From Candidatus Omnitrophota bacterium (GTDB lineage: Bacteria; Omnitrophota; Gorgyraeia; Zapsychrales; Fredricksoniimonadaceae), in assembly GCA_028870995.1 (NCBI GenBank), contig JAGWOI010000013.1, forward strand, positions 1 through 62,948: DNA of 62,948 nt, given 5' to 3'. The position numbers were made by a program, and so were the translations under genes. A model generated the notes under the pieces. That model made no database searches, was not told the DNA's origin, and was given only the letters and a program-made list of their open reading frames with translations. Positions 1 through 9,085 of the stretch are shown here, piece by piece (within the stretch, counting starts at the first letter, position 1; each line of letters starts with the position of its first letter).

Positions 1-282
1 ACCGAAGCCCTCGGTCAATATTTCCAGGGTGCCTTCCCCAAACATCAACCCTTCCTTTTCCGCCTGGACCTGAAGTATCTTGAACATCAGGTCCTGCTTC
101 TTTAAGGCGGAGGCGCCCTGGATGTCCATGTCACGGGCCAGCTTGGTCAGCTCGGCCATTTTCATGTCCTTTAACGCTTCTATATTAATAGTCTTGCCTT
201 GGGGATTGGCAGGCTTGTAATCTCCGTTACCATTTTCTTTAAGATCTTCTTTTTCCTGTTTTGTTGTTTCCGTCCTACCCAT
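1..282 (-). CDS. rho: Transcription termination factor Rho, N-terminal part (runs off the window edge)
   Basis: Manual translation from ATG at 282: MGRTETTKQEKEDL...LKDMKMAELTKLARDMDIQGASALKKQDLMFKILQVQAEKEGLMFGEGTLEILTEGFG, typical Rho N-terminal/RNA-binding start; GGAGA RBS upstream. Confidence 0.93.
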   Translation of the reverse strand, partial: MGRTETTKQEKEDLKENGNGDYKPANPQGKTINIEALKDMKMAELTKLARDMDIQGASALKKQDLMFKILQVQAEKEGLMFGEGTLEILTEGFG

Positions 283-323
283 TGGTTTCTCCTAATCCCC
301 GTTCTTAAGCGGGGGGTTAAAAA

Positions 324-920
324 TTAACTGCTTTTTCTTTTCCTTAATCTATGAATAATCGCATCTACCTGGTGTTGCGTCTGCGTGAGGCTGCGGCTGT
401 TATCGATAACGATGTCCGCCATGGCGCATTTGGCCTTGAGAGGCATTTGACGGCGAAGCCTGCGCAAGGCTTCGCTGCGTGTGATCCCCAAACGTTTGAC
501 AGCCCGCTCCAGCTGCTGAAGACGCTTGGCCTTTACCACTATAGTTGTATCAGTGATTTTGTCCCATCCGGATTCAAAGAGAAGAGGCACATCTAGAACG
601 ACAAAGGATTCATGTTTATATCGGGATAACTTAAGTCTGACTACCTTGAGAGCCTCAGGATAAAGTATATTGGTGAGTTTACGTAATTCACGCGGATGAC
701 TAAAAACGATCTTGGCTAATTTTGAGCGGTCGATCCTATTTGCCTTAAGTATAACACCTGGAAAAATTTTTGCCACTTTTTTTACACATTTCTTGGTCCC
801 CGTCAAAAGCCCCCTGGTAACGGCATCCGCATCGATGACCTTGGCCCCCTTGCGGGCAAACATGGCCGCCACGGTAGATTTACCGCTGCCTATACTTCCT
901 GTAACGCCTATGACAAGCAT
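324..920 (-). CDS. coaE: Dephospho-CoA kinase
   Basis: GVTGSIGSGKST P-loop, IDADAV, DVPLLFE and ADIVIDN motifs. Confidence 0.95.
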   Translation of the reverse strand: MLVIGVTGSIGSGKSTVAAMFARKGAKVIDADAVTRGLLTGTKKCVKKVAKIFPGVILKANRIDRSKLAKIVFSHPRELRKLTNILYPEALKVVRLKLSRYKHESFVVLDVPLLFESGWDKITDTTIVVKAKRLQQLERAVKRLGITRSEALRRLRRQMPLKAKCAMADIVIDNSRSLTQTQHQVDAIIHRLRKRKSS

Positions 921-2293
921 TTTTCAAAAACCTTCACGTATTCCTTGGCTGATTTTTCCCAGGAGAAGCGGTAGCGCAGCGCCTGGGCCAGCAAATCCGT
1001 CATCTGGTCCTGGTGGCGGTAAACCTTCAAGGCCTCCTCAACGGCTTTGAGAAAAGCCCCCCGGCCGTATTCGGTGAACACAAACCCGTTGCCGGTTTGA
1101 TGAATAGGGTCGTAAAGATGGATGGTGTCCGCCAGGCCGCCGGTTTTATGCACGATGGGGATGGAGCCGTAACGCAGGGCTATCATCTGTCCCAGGCCGC
1201 AGGGCTCATAGGTGGAAGGCATCAAAAAGAAATCCGATGCGGCATAAATTTTATGGGCCACGGCTTCGTCGAATTTCAAAAACTTGCCGATCTTATGAGG
1301 ATGACGGGCGGCCGCTTCCTCGATCATGCGGTGGTATTTCCTGTCACCCACCCCGCTCAAGGCCACCTGCGCCCCCCGCGCCACAAGGCCGTCAATGACC
1401 TCCAGGATAAGGTCCAGACCCTTTTGGATGCACAACCGGCCCACAAAACCGAAAAGCGGAGTTTTTTCATCGGAAGGAAGACCCAAGGCTACCTGCAGCA
1501 CCAGCTTATTATGGGCTTTAAGCTCATTGACGTTGGCGGCATCGAAAGGAAAATTCAAAAAAGGATCGTCCTCGGGGTTCCAGGTGTCATAATCCAGGCC
1601 GTTTAGGATGCCGTAGATATCATGGCTGCGGTTGCGTAAAACTCCGTCGAGCCCGCAGCCCCATTCCCTGGTCTGGATTTCCTTGGCATATTGGGGCGAG
1701 ACCGTGGTGACCGCGTCCGCAAAAATAATCCCGCCTTTGAGCATATTGATCTGATCATAAAATTCCAGGCCCTGGGTGTGAAACAGGCGGCCATGGACGC
1801 CCAGACGGTCGTATTTGTGCTTTGGGAAGACACCCTGATAAGCCAGGTTGTGGATGGTCAACACCGACCGGGCGTTTTTAAAGAACGGGTCATGCTGATA
1901 ATTGGTCTTAAGCAGGATAGGGATAAGGCCCGTGTGCCAATCGTGGCAATGGATGATGTCCGGCGCAAATTTAATTTCCTTTAAGGTCTTGAAACATTCA
2001 TGGCAGAAGGTCGCAAAGCGCTCCAGATTGTCCTGATACTCCCCGCCGCCCTCGCCGTACAGCCCCTCCCGGTTAAAATAATGGTGGTTTTCAACAAAAC
2101 AGACCCGGATATTTTCACCGATGCGCACGATGGGGGCCGGCACCTGGATGTTGGAAGTCTTATACCGCGGGGTGATGATGACGATCTCGTGGCCCAATTT
2201 CTCCAGGGCCGGCGGCAGGGAACCGCACACATCAGCCAGGCCGCCGGTCTTGGCAAAAGGCACCACTTCTGAGGCGCATACGGCGATTTTCAT
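908..2293 (-). CDS. glgA: Glycogen synthase (GT5)
   Basis: EVVPFAKTGGLADV, IHCHDWHT, TIHNLAYQG, PSTYEPCGLGQM; start moved to MKIAV (2293). Confidence 0.96.
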   Translation of the reverse strand: MKIAVCASEVVPFAKTGGLADVCGSLPPALEKLGHEIVIITPRYKTSNIQVPAPIVRIGENIRVCFVENHHYFNREGLYGEGGGEYQDNLERFATFCHECFKTLKEIKFAPDIIHCHDWHTGLIPILLKTNYQHDPFFKNARSVLTIHNLAYQGVFPKHKYDRLGVHGRLFHTQGLEFYDQINMLKGGIIFADAVTTVSPQYAKEIQTREWGCGLDGVLRNRSHDIYGILNGLDYDTWNPEDDPFLNFPFDAANVNELKAHNKLVLQVALGLPSDEKTPLFGFVGRLCIQKGLDLILEVIDGLVARGAQVALSGVGDRKYHRMIEEAAARHPHKIGKFLKFDEAVAHKIYAASDFFLMPSTYEPCGLGQMIALRYGSIPIVHKTGGLADTIHLYDPIHQTGNGFVFTEYGRGAFLKAVEEALKVYRHQDQMTDLLAQALRYRFSWEKSAKEYVKVFEKCLS

Positions 2294-4647
2294 GGAACCT
2301 TCTCCATCTGGAGCCAATTGGAGCCTACCTCGACGGAGGTTTTCATTGGCATTTCCAGGTTCATGGCCCCCTCCATTTCATTCCGTACCAGGGACACCAT
2401 GACATCCACTTCCCCTTTCGGAACGTCAAAGACCAATTCGTCATGTACGGTCATGATCATGGTGGAAGACAGTTTCTGTTTGGCCAACGCGCGGCTAATG
2501 TTCACCATGGCTATCTTGATCAAGTCCGCGGCGGTGCCCTGCATGGGCGCGTTGACGGCCTGACGTTCAGCAAACTGCCTCAATCCCATGTTACGGTTGT
2601 TAATATCCGGCAGATACCGGCGGCGGCCGAAAAGAGTCACCACATAGCCAGTGTCGCGGGCCTTCTGGACCTCGCCGTCCAAGAATTGGCGCACCCTTGG
2701 ATAACGCAAAAAATACCGGTCGATAAAATCCTGGGCCTGGGACACCGGCACATTGAGGTCTTTCGACAGACCGAAAGCGCTCATGCCGTAGATGATGCCG
2801 AAATTGATGCGCTTGGCCGCGTAACGCATCTTCTCGTCGACTTGCGCTTCCGGTAATTCGAACATCAAGGACGCGGTATGGCGGTGGATATCGCCCTCCC
2901 CGCGGAAAGCTTTCTTGAGCTCCTCATCCTTGGCCAGCAGCGCCAAGATCCTTAACTCTATCTGGGAATAGTCCGCCGCCAAAAGCACATGGCCTTTTGT
3001 ATACGGCACAAAGGCTTTGCGGATACGCTGTCCGAATTCAGTTCGGATGGGTATGTTTTGCAAATTGGGGTTATTGGAACTCAGGCGTCCGGTTTCGGCC
3101 CCCGCCTGGTTGAAGGTCGTATGCAGCCTTTGCGTCTTAGGATCGATCAGCTGCGGCAAAGCATCTATATAGGTGGATTTTAATTTGGCCATCTGCCGGT
3201 ATTCCAGGATCAGGGCCGGCAGGTCATGCAGGCCCGCCAGCCTGGTGAGCACTTCCTCATCGGTTGAGAACCCGGTCTTGGTTTTCTTGATCACCGGCAG
3301 CTTCAGGCGGTCGAATAAAATCTCGCTTAGCTGTTTGGGGCTGTTGATATTGAACGGGCTGCCGGCAATTTTAAATAAGGACTCTTCCAGTTTCGTCATC
3401 CTGGCCGCACATTCTTGAGAGAGCTCCTGCAGCACCCCGGCGTCGATGGCCACCCCGTTGGTCTCCATCTCAAAAAGCACGCTGCTCAACGGCATTTCCA
3501 CCTCATAAAAAAGAAATTCCAGCCCCTGCTCCTTGAGCATTTGCTTTTGAACGGCATACAGCTCTTTCATGCCCTTATCACTGGCCCTGAGGGTCGGCAG
3601 ATGATATTTACCCTGCCCCCCTGAAAGCAGATAATCCGCCAGATAAACGTCAAAAATGTCGTGCTTAAGCTGGGCAGCATTCACCGCACCGGCCTTGCGC
3701 AGGGATTTCAGATCATAGGCGATAAAAAGAGGTTTGCCATCCTCCGTTGTTTCCACCCAGTTCTTCAAATCGCCGGCGGGTTCAGGCTCGGCCCCCTCCG
3801 GCGCGTATTCCTGGGCCAGCTTGCGGAATTCCAGCTCATTGAAAAGCGCGAATAATTTTTCCCGGTCGGGCTCAGGCAGTCCCAGATCATTCAGGACCGC
3901 CTTCAGGGGAATATCGGCGTGGAGGGTGGCCAGTTCCTTGCTCATAAAAGCATCCTCCCGAAAAGTCATCAACTTTTCCTTGAGCCCTTCCGGGACAACG
4001 CGTTCGATATTCTTATAAATCCCTTCCAGGGATTTGTATTCGGCGATGAGTTTACGGGCACCCACTTCGCCTATACCCTTGACACCCGGGATATTGTCGG
4101 AAGCGTCGCCTGCAAGGGCGATATAATCCGTGATCTGCTGGGGCGCCACCCCAAACTTTTCTTCCACCCCTTTAGCGTCGATGAGCCTCTCCTGGCGGGA
4201 GCTGTACAATAAGATATGGCCGCCGACCAATTGCGCCATGTCCTTGTCGTCGGTCGCCAAGACCACGTCCACCCCCTGCCCGGCGAACCGCCGTGCCAGG
4301 GTGGCCATCACATCATCGGCCTCAAAACCCTCCATGTCAAAAATAGGGAAACCGTAGGCCTTGATGACCTCGCGGATGGTCTTGATTTGAACGACCAGGT
4401 CGTCCGGCATGGCCTGGCGCTTGATCTTATACCCCGCGAATTTCTTTTGCCGGTGGGTGTCCTTACCGACATCAAAACAGACACCCACATGCGACGGCTT
4501 GAAATCGGCAAGCATCTTGCGAAGGATGCTGCAAAAGCCGTAAACGGCGTTAGTGGGAACACCCTTAGAATTCTTCAAGGCCCTGACCGCGTAAAAAGCC
4601 CGGTAACAGAGACCATGGGCATCAATAAGGAAGACGCGATTGGACAT
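2290..4647 (-). CDS. polA: DNA polymerase I, compact form with reduced 3'-5' exonuclease region
   Basis: 5'-3' exonuclease (LIDAHGLCYRAFY, FEADDV, GDASDNIPGVKGIG); polymerase motifs DYSQIELR, AKRINFGIIYG, TVHDEL. Confidence 0.97.
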   Translation of the reverse strand: MSNRVFLIDAHGLCYRAFYAVRALKNSKGVPTNAVYGFCSILRKMLADFKPSHVGVCFDVGKDTHRQKKFAGYKIKRQAMPDDLVVQIKTIREVIKAYGFPIFDMEGFEADDVMATLARRFAGQGVDVVLATDDKDMAQLVGGHILLYSSRQERLIDAKGVEEKFGVAPQQITDYIALAGDASDNIPGVKGIGEVGARKLIAEYKSLEGIYKNIERVVPEGLKEKLMTFREDAFMSKELATLHADIPLKAVLNDLGLPEPDREKLFALFNELEFRKLAQEYAPEGAEPEPAGDLKNWVETTEDGKPLFIAYDLKSLRKAGAVNAAQLKHDIFDVYLADYLLSGGQGKYHLPTLRASDKGMKELYAVQKQMLKEQGLEFLFYEVEMPLSSVLFEMETNGVAIDAGVLQELSQECAARMTKLEESLFKIAGSPFNINSPKQLSEILFDRLKLPVIKKTKTGFSTDEEVLTRLAGLHDLPALILEYRQMAKLKSTYIDALPQLIDPKTQRLHTTFNQAGAETGRLSSNNPNLQNIPIRTEFGQRIRKAFVPYTKGHVLLAADYSQIELRILALLAKDEELKKAFRGEGDIHRHTASLMFELPEAQVDEKMRYAAKRINFGIIYGMSAFGLSKDLNVPVSQAQDFIDRYFLRYPRVRQFLDGEVQKARDTGYVVTLFGRRRYLPDINNRNMGLRQFAERQAVNAPMQGTAADLIKIAMVNISRALAKQKLSSTMIMTVHDELVFDVPKGEVDVMVSLVRNEMEGAMNLEMPMKTSVEVGSNWLQMEKVP

Positions 4648-4650
4648 GGG

Positions 4651-5688
4651 TTAAAGGATTTCTTCTTCTTTGCCGGTGATGTTGTCTTGACGCTGTAGTA
4701 TTTCCAACAGGCGTTCATTGTCCGGGCTGGCGTTAAAGGTCACCATCCCGGCCAGGTGATCGCCGTGGGCATAGATCTTTTTGTAGGTGTTTTGGGGCCC
4801 GTCGAATTTCAGGTATTCCCGCCCGCCCTCGGGCAGCCTGGTCCATCCGGCATAAAAACCGTCGAGCACATGAAAACCGAAACTGGCGGGCATCAAAGGC
4901 ATCACCGGAGGCTTAAAGCAGTCTTCGATGCAAATTTTGTCTTCATGGGTCAGGGTGGGTTCAGAGAGCATCCGTATGTCGGCCTTGGCTTCGTCAAAAA
5001 TGACCGCCTCGCAGGCCAGGACCTTGCCTGACCTTAATTTCACCGCCTTGACCTCGGCCTCTCCTAAAATTTCTTCCACGGCATTCTCGTTGATGACGCG
5101 TATCCCCTTGCCTTCAAGGATCTGTTTCAACAAAAGCCCGGTCTCCTCATCAAAAATTTCAGGCAGAAGCCCCAGGCCGGAGGAAACAACCGTCACCTCT
5201 TTCTTGAATTGGCTCAACGCGCAGGCTATGTTCAACCCCTGGATCCTGGTGGCGGGGACGATGACACTGTCCATAAACGGTAAATATTTCTGCATGGCCT
5301 TGATCGAAGTCAGGCGCCAGCAATCAAAAACCCCTGTCCTTTGAAGGCCCTTGACGGCCGGCAGGATAAGCTCGCCGGTATCGACCAGTATCAGGCGGTC
5401 ATAATCGATCTGCGCCTTCTTGGCCGTGGTCAGGTACCTGCGCTTGACGCTGATGCGGTTTAAGGCCTCCTGCGTGACCAGGGTGGGCTGGTGCTTCGCT
5501 AAAAGCGCTTTGGATGTTGTAAACAAGCTCTCTTCAGAGACGGATCCGGCCAGCATATCCGGCAAAAGCCGGCGCTCATAAGGCAAAACCCCTTCCGTGG
5601 CAAAGAGGGTGACCAGCTGGCCCTGGGCTTGGATATGTCCGATGATGGGCAGGACGTCTGCGGAGTTTCCGACAACAAGGGTCTTCAT
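4651..5688 (-). CDS. Degenerate NAD(P)/FAD-dependent oxidoreductase (NirB/rubredoxin-reductase-like fold)
   Basis: PYERRLLP, IDYDRLIL, GEAEVKAVKLRSGKVLACEAVI match the family, but both Rossmann glycine motifs are lost; start at MKTLVV (5688) or GTG 5712. Confidence 0.65.
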   Translation of the reverse strand: MKTLVVGNSADVLPIIGHIQAQGQLVTLFATEGVLPYERRLLPDMLAGSVSEESLFTTSKALLAKHQPTLVTQEALNRISVKRRYLTTAKKAQIDYDRLILVDTGELILPAVKGLQRTGVFDCWRLTSIKAMQKYLPFMDSVIVPATRIQGLNIACALSQFKKEVTVVSSGLGLLPEIFDEETGLLLKQILEGKGIRVINENAVEEILGEAEVKAVKLRSGKVLACEAVIFDEAKADIRMLSEPTLTHEDKICIEDCFKPPVMPLMPASFGFHVLDGFYAGWTRLPEGGREYLKFDGPQNTYKKIYAHGDHLAGMVTFNASPDNERLLEILQRQDNITGKEEEIL

Positions 5689-5769
5689 AATAATTCCACT
5701 AAGCTTTTCCACTGAGTCGAAGTGCCGCTTTCCTTAATTTTACTTGTAGCAAAAAGCGGCCTTCATGAT

Positions 5770-6627
5770 TTAAATTTGATTCAGGATTTTAAAAGCTTTA
5801 ACGGCATTGTTCATGAGCATGACCGCCGTCACAGGCCCAACCCCTCCGGGGACGGGTGTGATATGCGAGGCTTTTGCACTTGCGGAAGCAAAGTCCACAT
5901 CGCCCACCAGCTTGCCTTCGACATGGTTGATGCCTATGTCGATCACGATGGCGCCCATCCTGATCCAGTCGCCTTTAACGAAGTTGGGGCGGCCCAGGGC
6001 GGCAATCACCACATCAGCATCATGGACCACGAAGGGCAGGTCCACCGTCTTGGAATGGCAGATAGTGACGGTCATGTCTTCCCTCAAGAGCAGCATGGCC
6101 ACCGGCTTGCCGACGATCTCGGAGCGGCCGATGACAATGGCGTGCTTGCCCTTCAAGGCAACTCCGGAAGATTTCAGCAATTCCAGGGCAGCAGCGGGTG
6201 TGCATGGGAAAATCCCCTCTTCCCCCATCAGCAGGCGGCCGAAATTCATCAGGTTCATCCCTTCAATGTCCTTATACGGGGTGATGGCATTGATGATGGT
6301 TTTGAAATTCATATGCGAGGGCAGAGGCTTATTGACGATAATGCCGTGGACATGGTCGTAACTGTTGAGCTCGCTGATGAGGTTCAGCACGTCTTCCTGG
6401 GAAGTGCTGTCGGAATTGAAATGACGCAATTCGTACTGGATACCGACACTCTGGGCCGTTTTTTGTTGGGAAGCGGCATAGGAAAGACTGGCCGGATCGT
6501 TGCCCACCACAATGCTGAAAACGCGGGGCGCTTCCTGCACCCGGTTACTCAAATCCCTGATCTCTTCGGACAGCCTGGCTTTAAGCTGAGAGGCCAGCAA
6601 TTTACCGTCTAAAATTTGAGCGCTCAT
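5770..6627 (-). CDS. folD: Bifunctional methylene-THF dehydrogenase/cyclohydrolase
   Basis: VGNDPASLSY, PCTPAA, VIGRSEIVGKP, ITPVPGGVGP. Confidence 0.96.
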   Translation of the reverse strand: MSAQILDGKLLASQLKARLSEEIRDLSNRVQEAPRVFSIVVGNDPASLSYAASQQKTAQSVGIQYELRHFNSDSTSQEDVLNLISELNSYDHVHGIIVNKPLPSHMNFKTIINAITPYKDIEGMNLMNFGRLLMGEEGIFPCTPAAALELLKSSGVALKGKHAIVIGRSEIVGKPVAMLLLREDMTVTICHSKTVDLPFVVHDADVVIAALGRPNFVKGDWIRMGAIVIDIGINHVEGKLVGDVDFASASAKASHITPVPGGVGPVTAVMLMNNAVKAFKILNQI

Positions 6628-7115
6628 GAGTTGACCCTCACCATGACGCGGGCAGCGTTGAAAGCGGACAATAACAACTCAACGGCGACCTCGACGTCCG
6701 AAAGTAAATAAGGATTACCTTTTTCGACCAAATAAGGCGTCAGTTGGATGGCCTTGAAACAAAGCTTGCAGACCTCCTGGGGAATGGCCCTGGCCTCCCT
6801 GGCCGCGCGCTTCTGGGCTTGTTTATCCAGGGAACGGGCCGCGGAAATCTTCAAATAAGCCTCGCTGTCAAGGCTCGTCAATTCCAAAAACCTCAAACGG
6901 ATGGGTTCGCTTTGCGCCAGGATCCCGGCCAAACGTTTCTCGACCGCCGGGCTGTTGGTTTTGCGTCCCAGGGAATAATTGGTCACCATGGAAATAAGCC
7001 CGGCGCCGAGGCTCGCGGTCAACGCGGCGGCAGATCCGCCTCCGGGCACAGGCTCCCGGCGGGAAAGCTGGTCCAGGTAATCATGCAGGGTCTTGTTCTT
7101 GAAATCAACCTTCAT
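6624..7115 (-). CDS. fchA: Cyclodeaminase/cyclohydrolase family protein (FchA-like)
   Basis: PVPGGGSAAAL and NPYLLSDV motifs; overlaps the folD start by 4 nt. Confidence 0.8.
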   Translation of the reverse strand: MKVDFKNKTLHDYLDQLSRREPVPGGGSAAALTASLGAGLISMVTNYSLGRKTNSPAVEKRLAGILAQSEPIRLRFLELTSLDSEAYLKISAARSLDKQAQKRAAREARAIPQEVCKLCFKAIQLTPYLVEKGNPYLLSDVEVAVELLLSAFNAARVMVRVNS

Positions 7116-7169
7116 GGGGAAAATATTAACACACTTTTCTGAATCAAAAAATGAAAAATCCGCGAATTA

Positions 7170-8108
7170 TCAATGGGAATGGGTGCTTAAGAAGTGTTCA
7201 GCTTCCAGGGCCGCCATGCAGCCGGTGCCGGCAGAAGTCACGGCCTGGCGGTAACGCTTATCCTGTACGTCGCCGGCCGCGAAAACACCTTCAACATTTG
7301 TTTGGGTGGTTCCTGGCTGGGTTTTAATATAACCGGCTTCATCCAGGGCCAATTGGCCTCCCAAAAATGAAGTGTTGGGCAGATGCCCTATAGCATAAAA
7401 CAGCCCGCCAATATCCAAGGTGCTTTCAGCCTTGGTCATGGCGTTCTTTATCTTTAAGCCGGAAACGCTCTTTTCCCCCAAAATTTCAACCGGCAGGGTA
7501 TTGAACATGATCTCGATCTTAGGATTATTTTGGGCACGCTCCTGCATGACCTTGGAGGCCCGAAGCACATCCCGGCGCACCAGCATCAGCACCTTCGAGG
7601 CGAATTTGGTCAGGTAAGTGGATTCTTCGACCGCGGAATCACCGCCGCCGACAACAGCCAGGACCTTGTTGCGGAAAAAAGGCAGGCCGCCGTCGCATAC
7701 GGCACAGGCGGAAATGCCCTTCTGCCAAAGCCTGTCTTCGCCGGGCAAATTCATGCGTTTGGCGGTGGCACCTGTAGCAATGATCAAGGCCCGCGCCTGG
7801 TATTCTTGGGCCCCGGCCCAGACCTTAAAGGGCCTTTGAGAGACGTCCACCTTGTCAACCGTTTCTGTCAGGATGCGCGCCCCGCAATGAAGGGATTGCC
7901 GGCGCATCTGGTCCATCAACACCGGCCCCTGGATGGAAAGAAAGCCGGGAAAATTTTCCACCTCGGTCGTGGTGGTCAATTGCCCTCCGGCCGCCACGCC
8001 GGCGGCAAAAGCGCCTTCAAACATCAAAGGGTTTAATTTGGCGCGGGCCGCATAAATGGCGGCCGTATGGCCCGCCGGACCTGAGCCTATAATGATGAGG
8101 TTTTCCAT
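7170..8108 (-). CDS. trxB: Thioredoxin-disulfide reductase
   Basis: IIGSGPAG, GGQLTTTTEVENFPGF, SACAVCDG redox motif, GGGDSA, FAAGDV. Confidence 0.96.
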   Translation of the reverse strand: MENLIIIGSGPAGHTAAIYAARAKLNPLMFEGAFAAGVAAGGQLTTTTEVENFPGFLSIQGPVLMDQMRRQSLHCGARILTETVDKVDVSQRPFKVWAGAQEYQARALIIATGATAKRMNLPGEDRLWQKGISACAVCDGGLPFFRNKVLAVVGGGDSAVEESTYLTKFASKVLMLVRRDVLRASKVMQERAQNNPKIEIMFNTLPVEILGEKSVSGLKIKNAMTKAESTLDIGGLFYAIGHLPNTSFLGGQLALDEAGYIKTQPGTTQTNVEGVFAAGDVQDKRYRQAVTSAGTGCMAALEAEHFLSTHSH

Positions 8109-8123
8109 ATCAGAAAGAAAAAC

Positions 8124-8160
8124 AGGGACGCCTCTCCTCTAATAAACAGGGAACGTCCCT
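8124..8160 (-). terminator. Probable intrinsic terminator after the oxidoreductase beta gene (GGGAC/GTCCC palindrome family)
   Basis: AGGGACG (8124-8130) and CGTCCCT (8154-8160) inverted pair, followed on the minus strand by GTTTTTCTTT. Confidence 0.5.
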
Positions 8161-8164
8161 ATTT

Positions 8165-9085
8165 TTAAATTAAGAAGCTGTCCAATATTTTTGAAGGGTC
8201 CTTCTTGGGCGCATTGGCCACAACGCCGTGGAGTATATTATCATAACGCGGCTTGTTCTTGTTCTGAAAAAACAGCCCGAAATACCGGCGTTCAGCCGCC
8301 CCGAACTGGAAGGCCTGGGCCAGATTCGACGGGTCATGTTCCACAACTTCCGTCTTATCGGCCAGGCGGCGGTCAGGTTCAATGCCGTTGGGATGTTTTA
8401 AGAACGAAAACCAATTTGAATTCTTATGATCAAAGTTGTTCGGGTCAAAATGCGGGCAGCGCTGCGAAATATGCACAAAGGCAAAACCCGGATGATCGAA
8501 GGCGGCCTTCATGGTATTGGTCAGGTGGTCCGGGATCCAGTCGGCCGTCGAGGCCACGAAGGAAGCACCCAAACCTAAAGCCAAGGTGATCGGATTAAGG
8601 GGATTTAAAAAAGTCCCCTGCGGCTGGGTGTTGGTTGGATGCTCGTGGCGGGTGGTCGGCGATGTCTGGTTCTTGGTCAAGGCGTAGACCTCATTGTCAT
8701 ACATCAGAAACACCGCCTTGAAATTCTTGTTGATCCCATGGATCAGATGGTTGCCTCCGATGCTCAAGGCGTCCCCGTCTCCCGAATGAACAAACAAATT
8801 CAACCCGGGATTGGCCAAAGCGACCCCTAAGGCAATGGGGATAGCCCGTCCATGGATGGAATGCACCCCGTACGTATTAAAGTAGTTTGGGGCGCGGCCG
8901 GAACAGCCGATCCCCGAGACATTCACAGTCTGAGACGGCACCAGTTGGCGTTCCACAATGAATCTTTTTAAGCCCATGATGATACCGAAATCGCCGCAAC
9001 CGGCGCACCAGCGCGGGTTTTCAGTGTTTAAATCCTTGATTGTGACCGGCGTCGGGGCCGGTTTGGAAACTGTATCGGTCGTCAT
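8165..9085 (-). CDS. korB: 2-oxoacid:ferredoxin oxidoreductase beta subunit (TPP-binding)
   Basis: WCAGCGDFG, SGIGCSG, HSIHGRA, GDGDALSIGGNH, LTKNQTSPT; substrate specificity not determinable. Confidence 0.85.
   Translation of the reverse strand: MTTDTVSKPAPTPVTIKDLNTENPRWCAGCGDFGIIMGLKRFIVERQLVPSQTVNVSGIGCSGRAPNYFNTYGVHSIHGRAIPIALGVALANPGLNLFVHSGDGDALSIGGNHLIHGINKNFKAVFLMYDNEVYALTKNQTSPTTRHEHPTNTQPQGTFLNPLNPITLALGLGASFVASTADWIPDHLTNTMKAAFDHPGFAFVHISQRCPHFDPNNFDHKNSNWFSFLKHPNGIEPDRRLADKTEVVEHDPSNLAQAFQFGAAERRYFGLFFQNKNKPRYDNILHGVVANAPKKDPSKILDSFLI

Noticed and set aside
297-315. Small GC hairpin just upstream of the rho RBS as an attenuator
   Set aside because: Only about 5-8 bp with no U-tract; too weak to call.
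5722-6612. 296-aa plus-strand ORF
   Set aside because: Antisense shadow of folD with no recognisable motifs.
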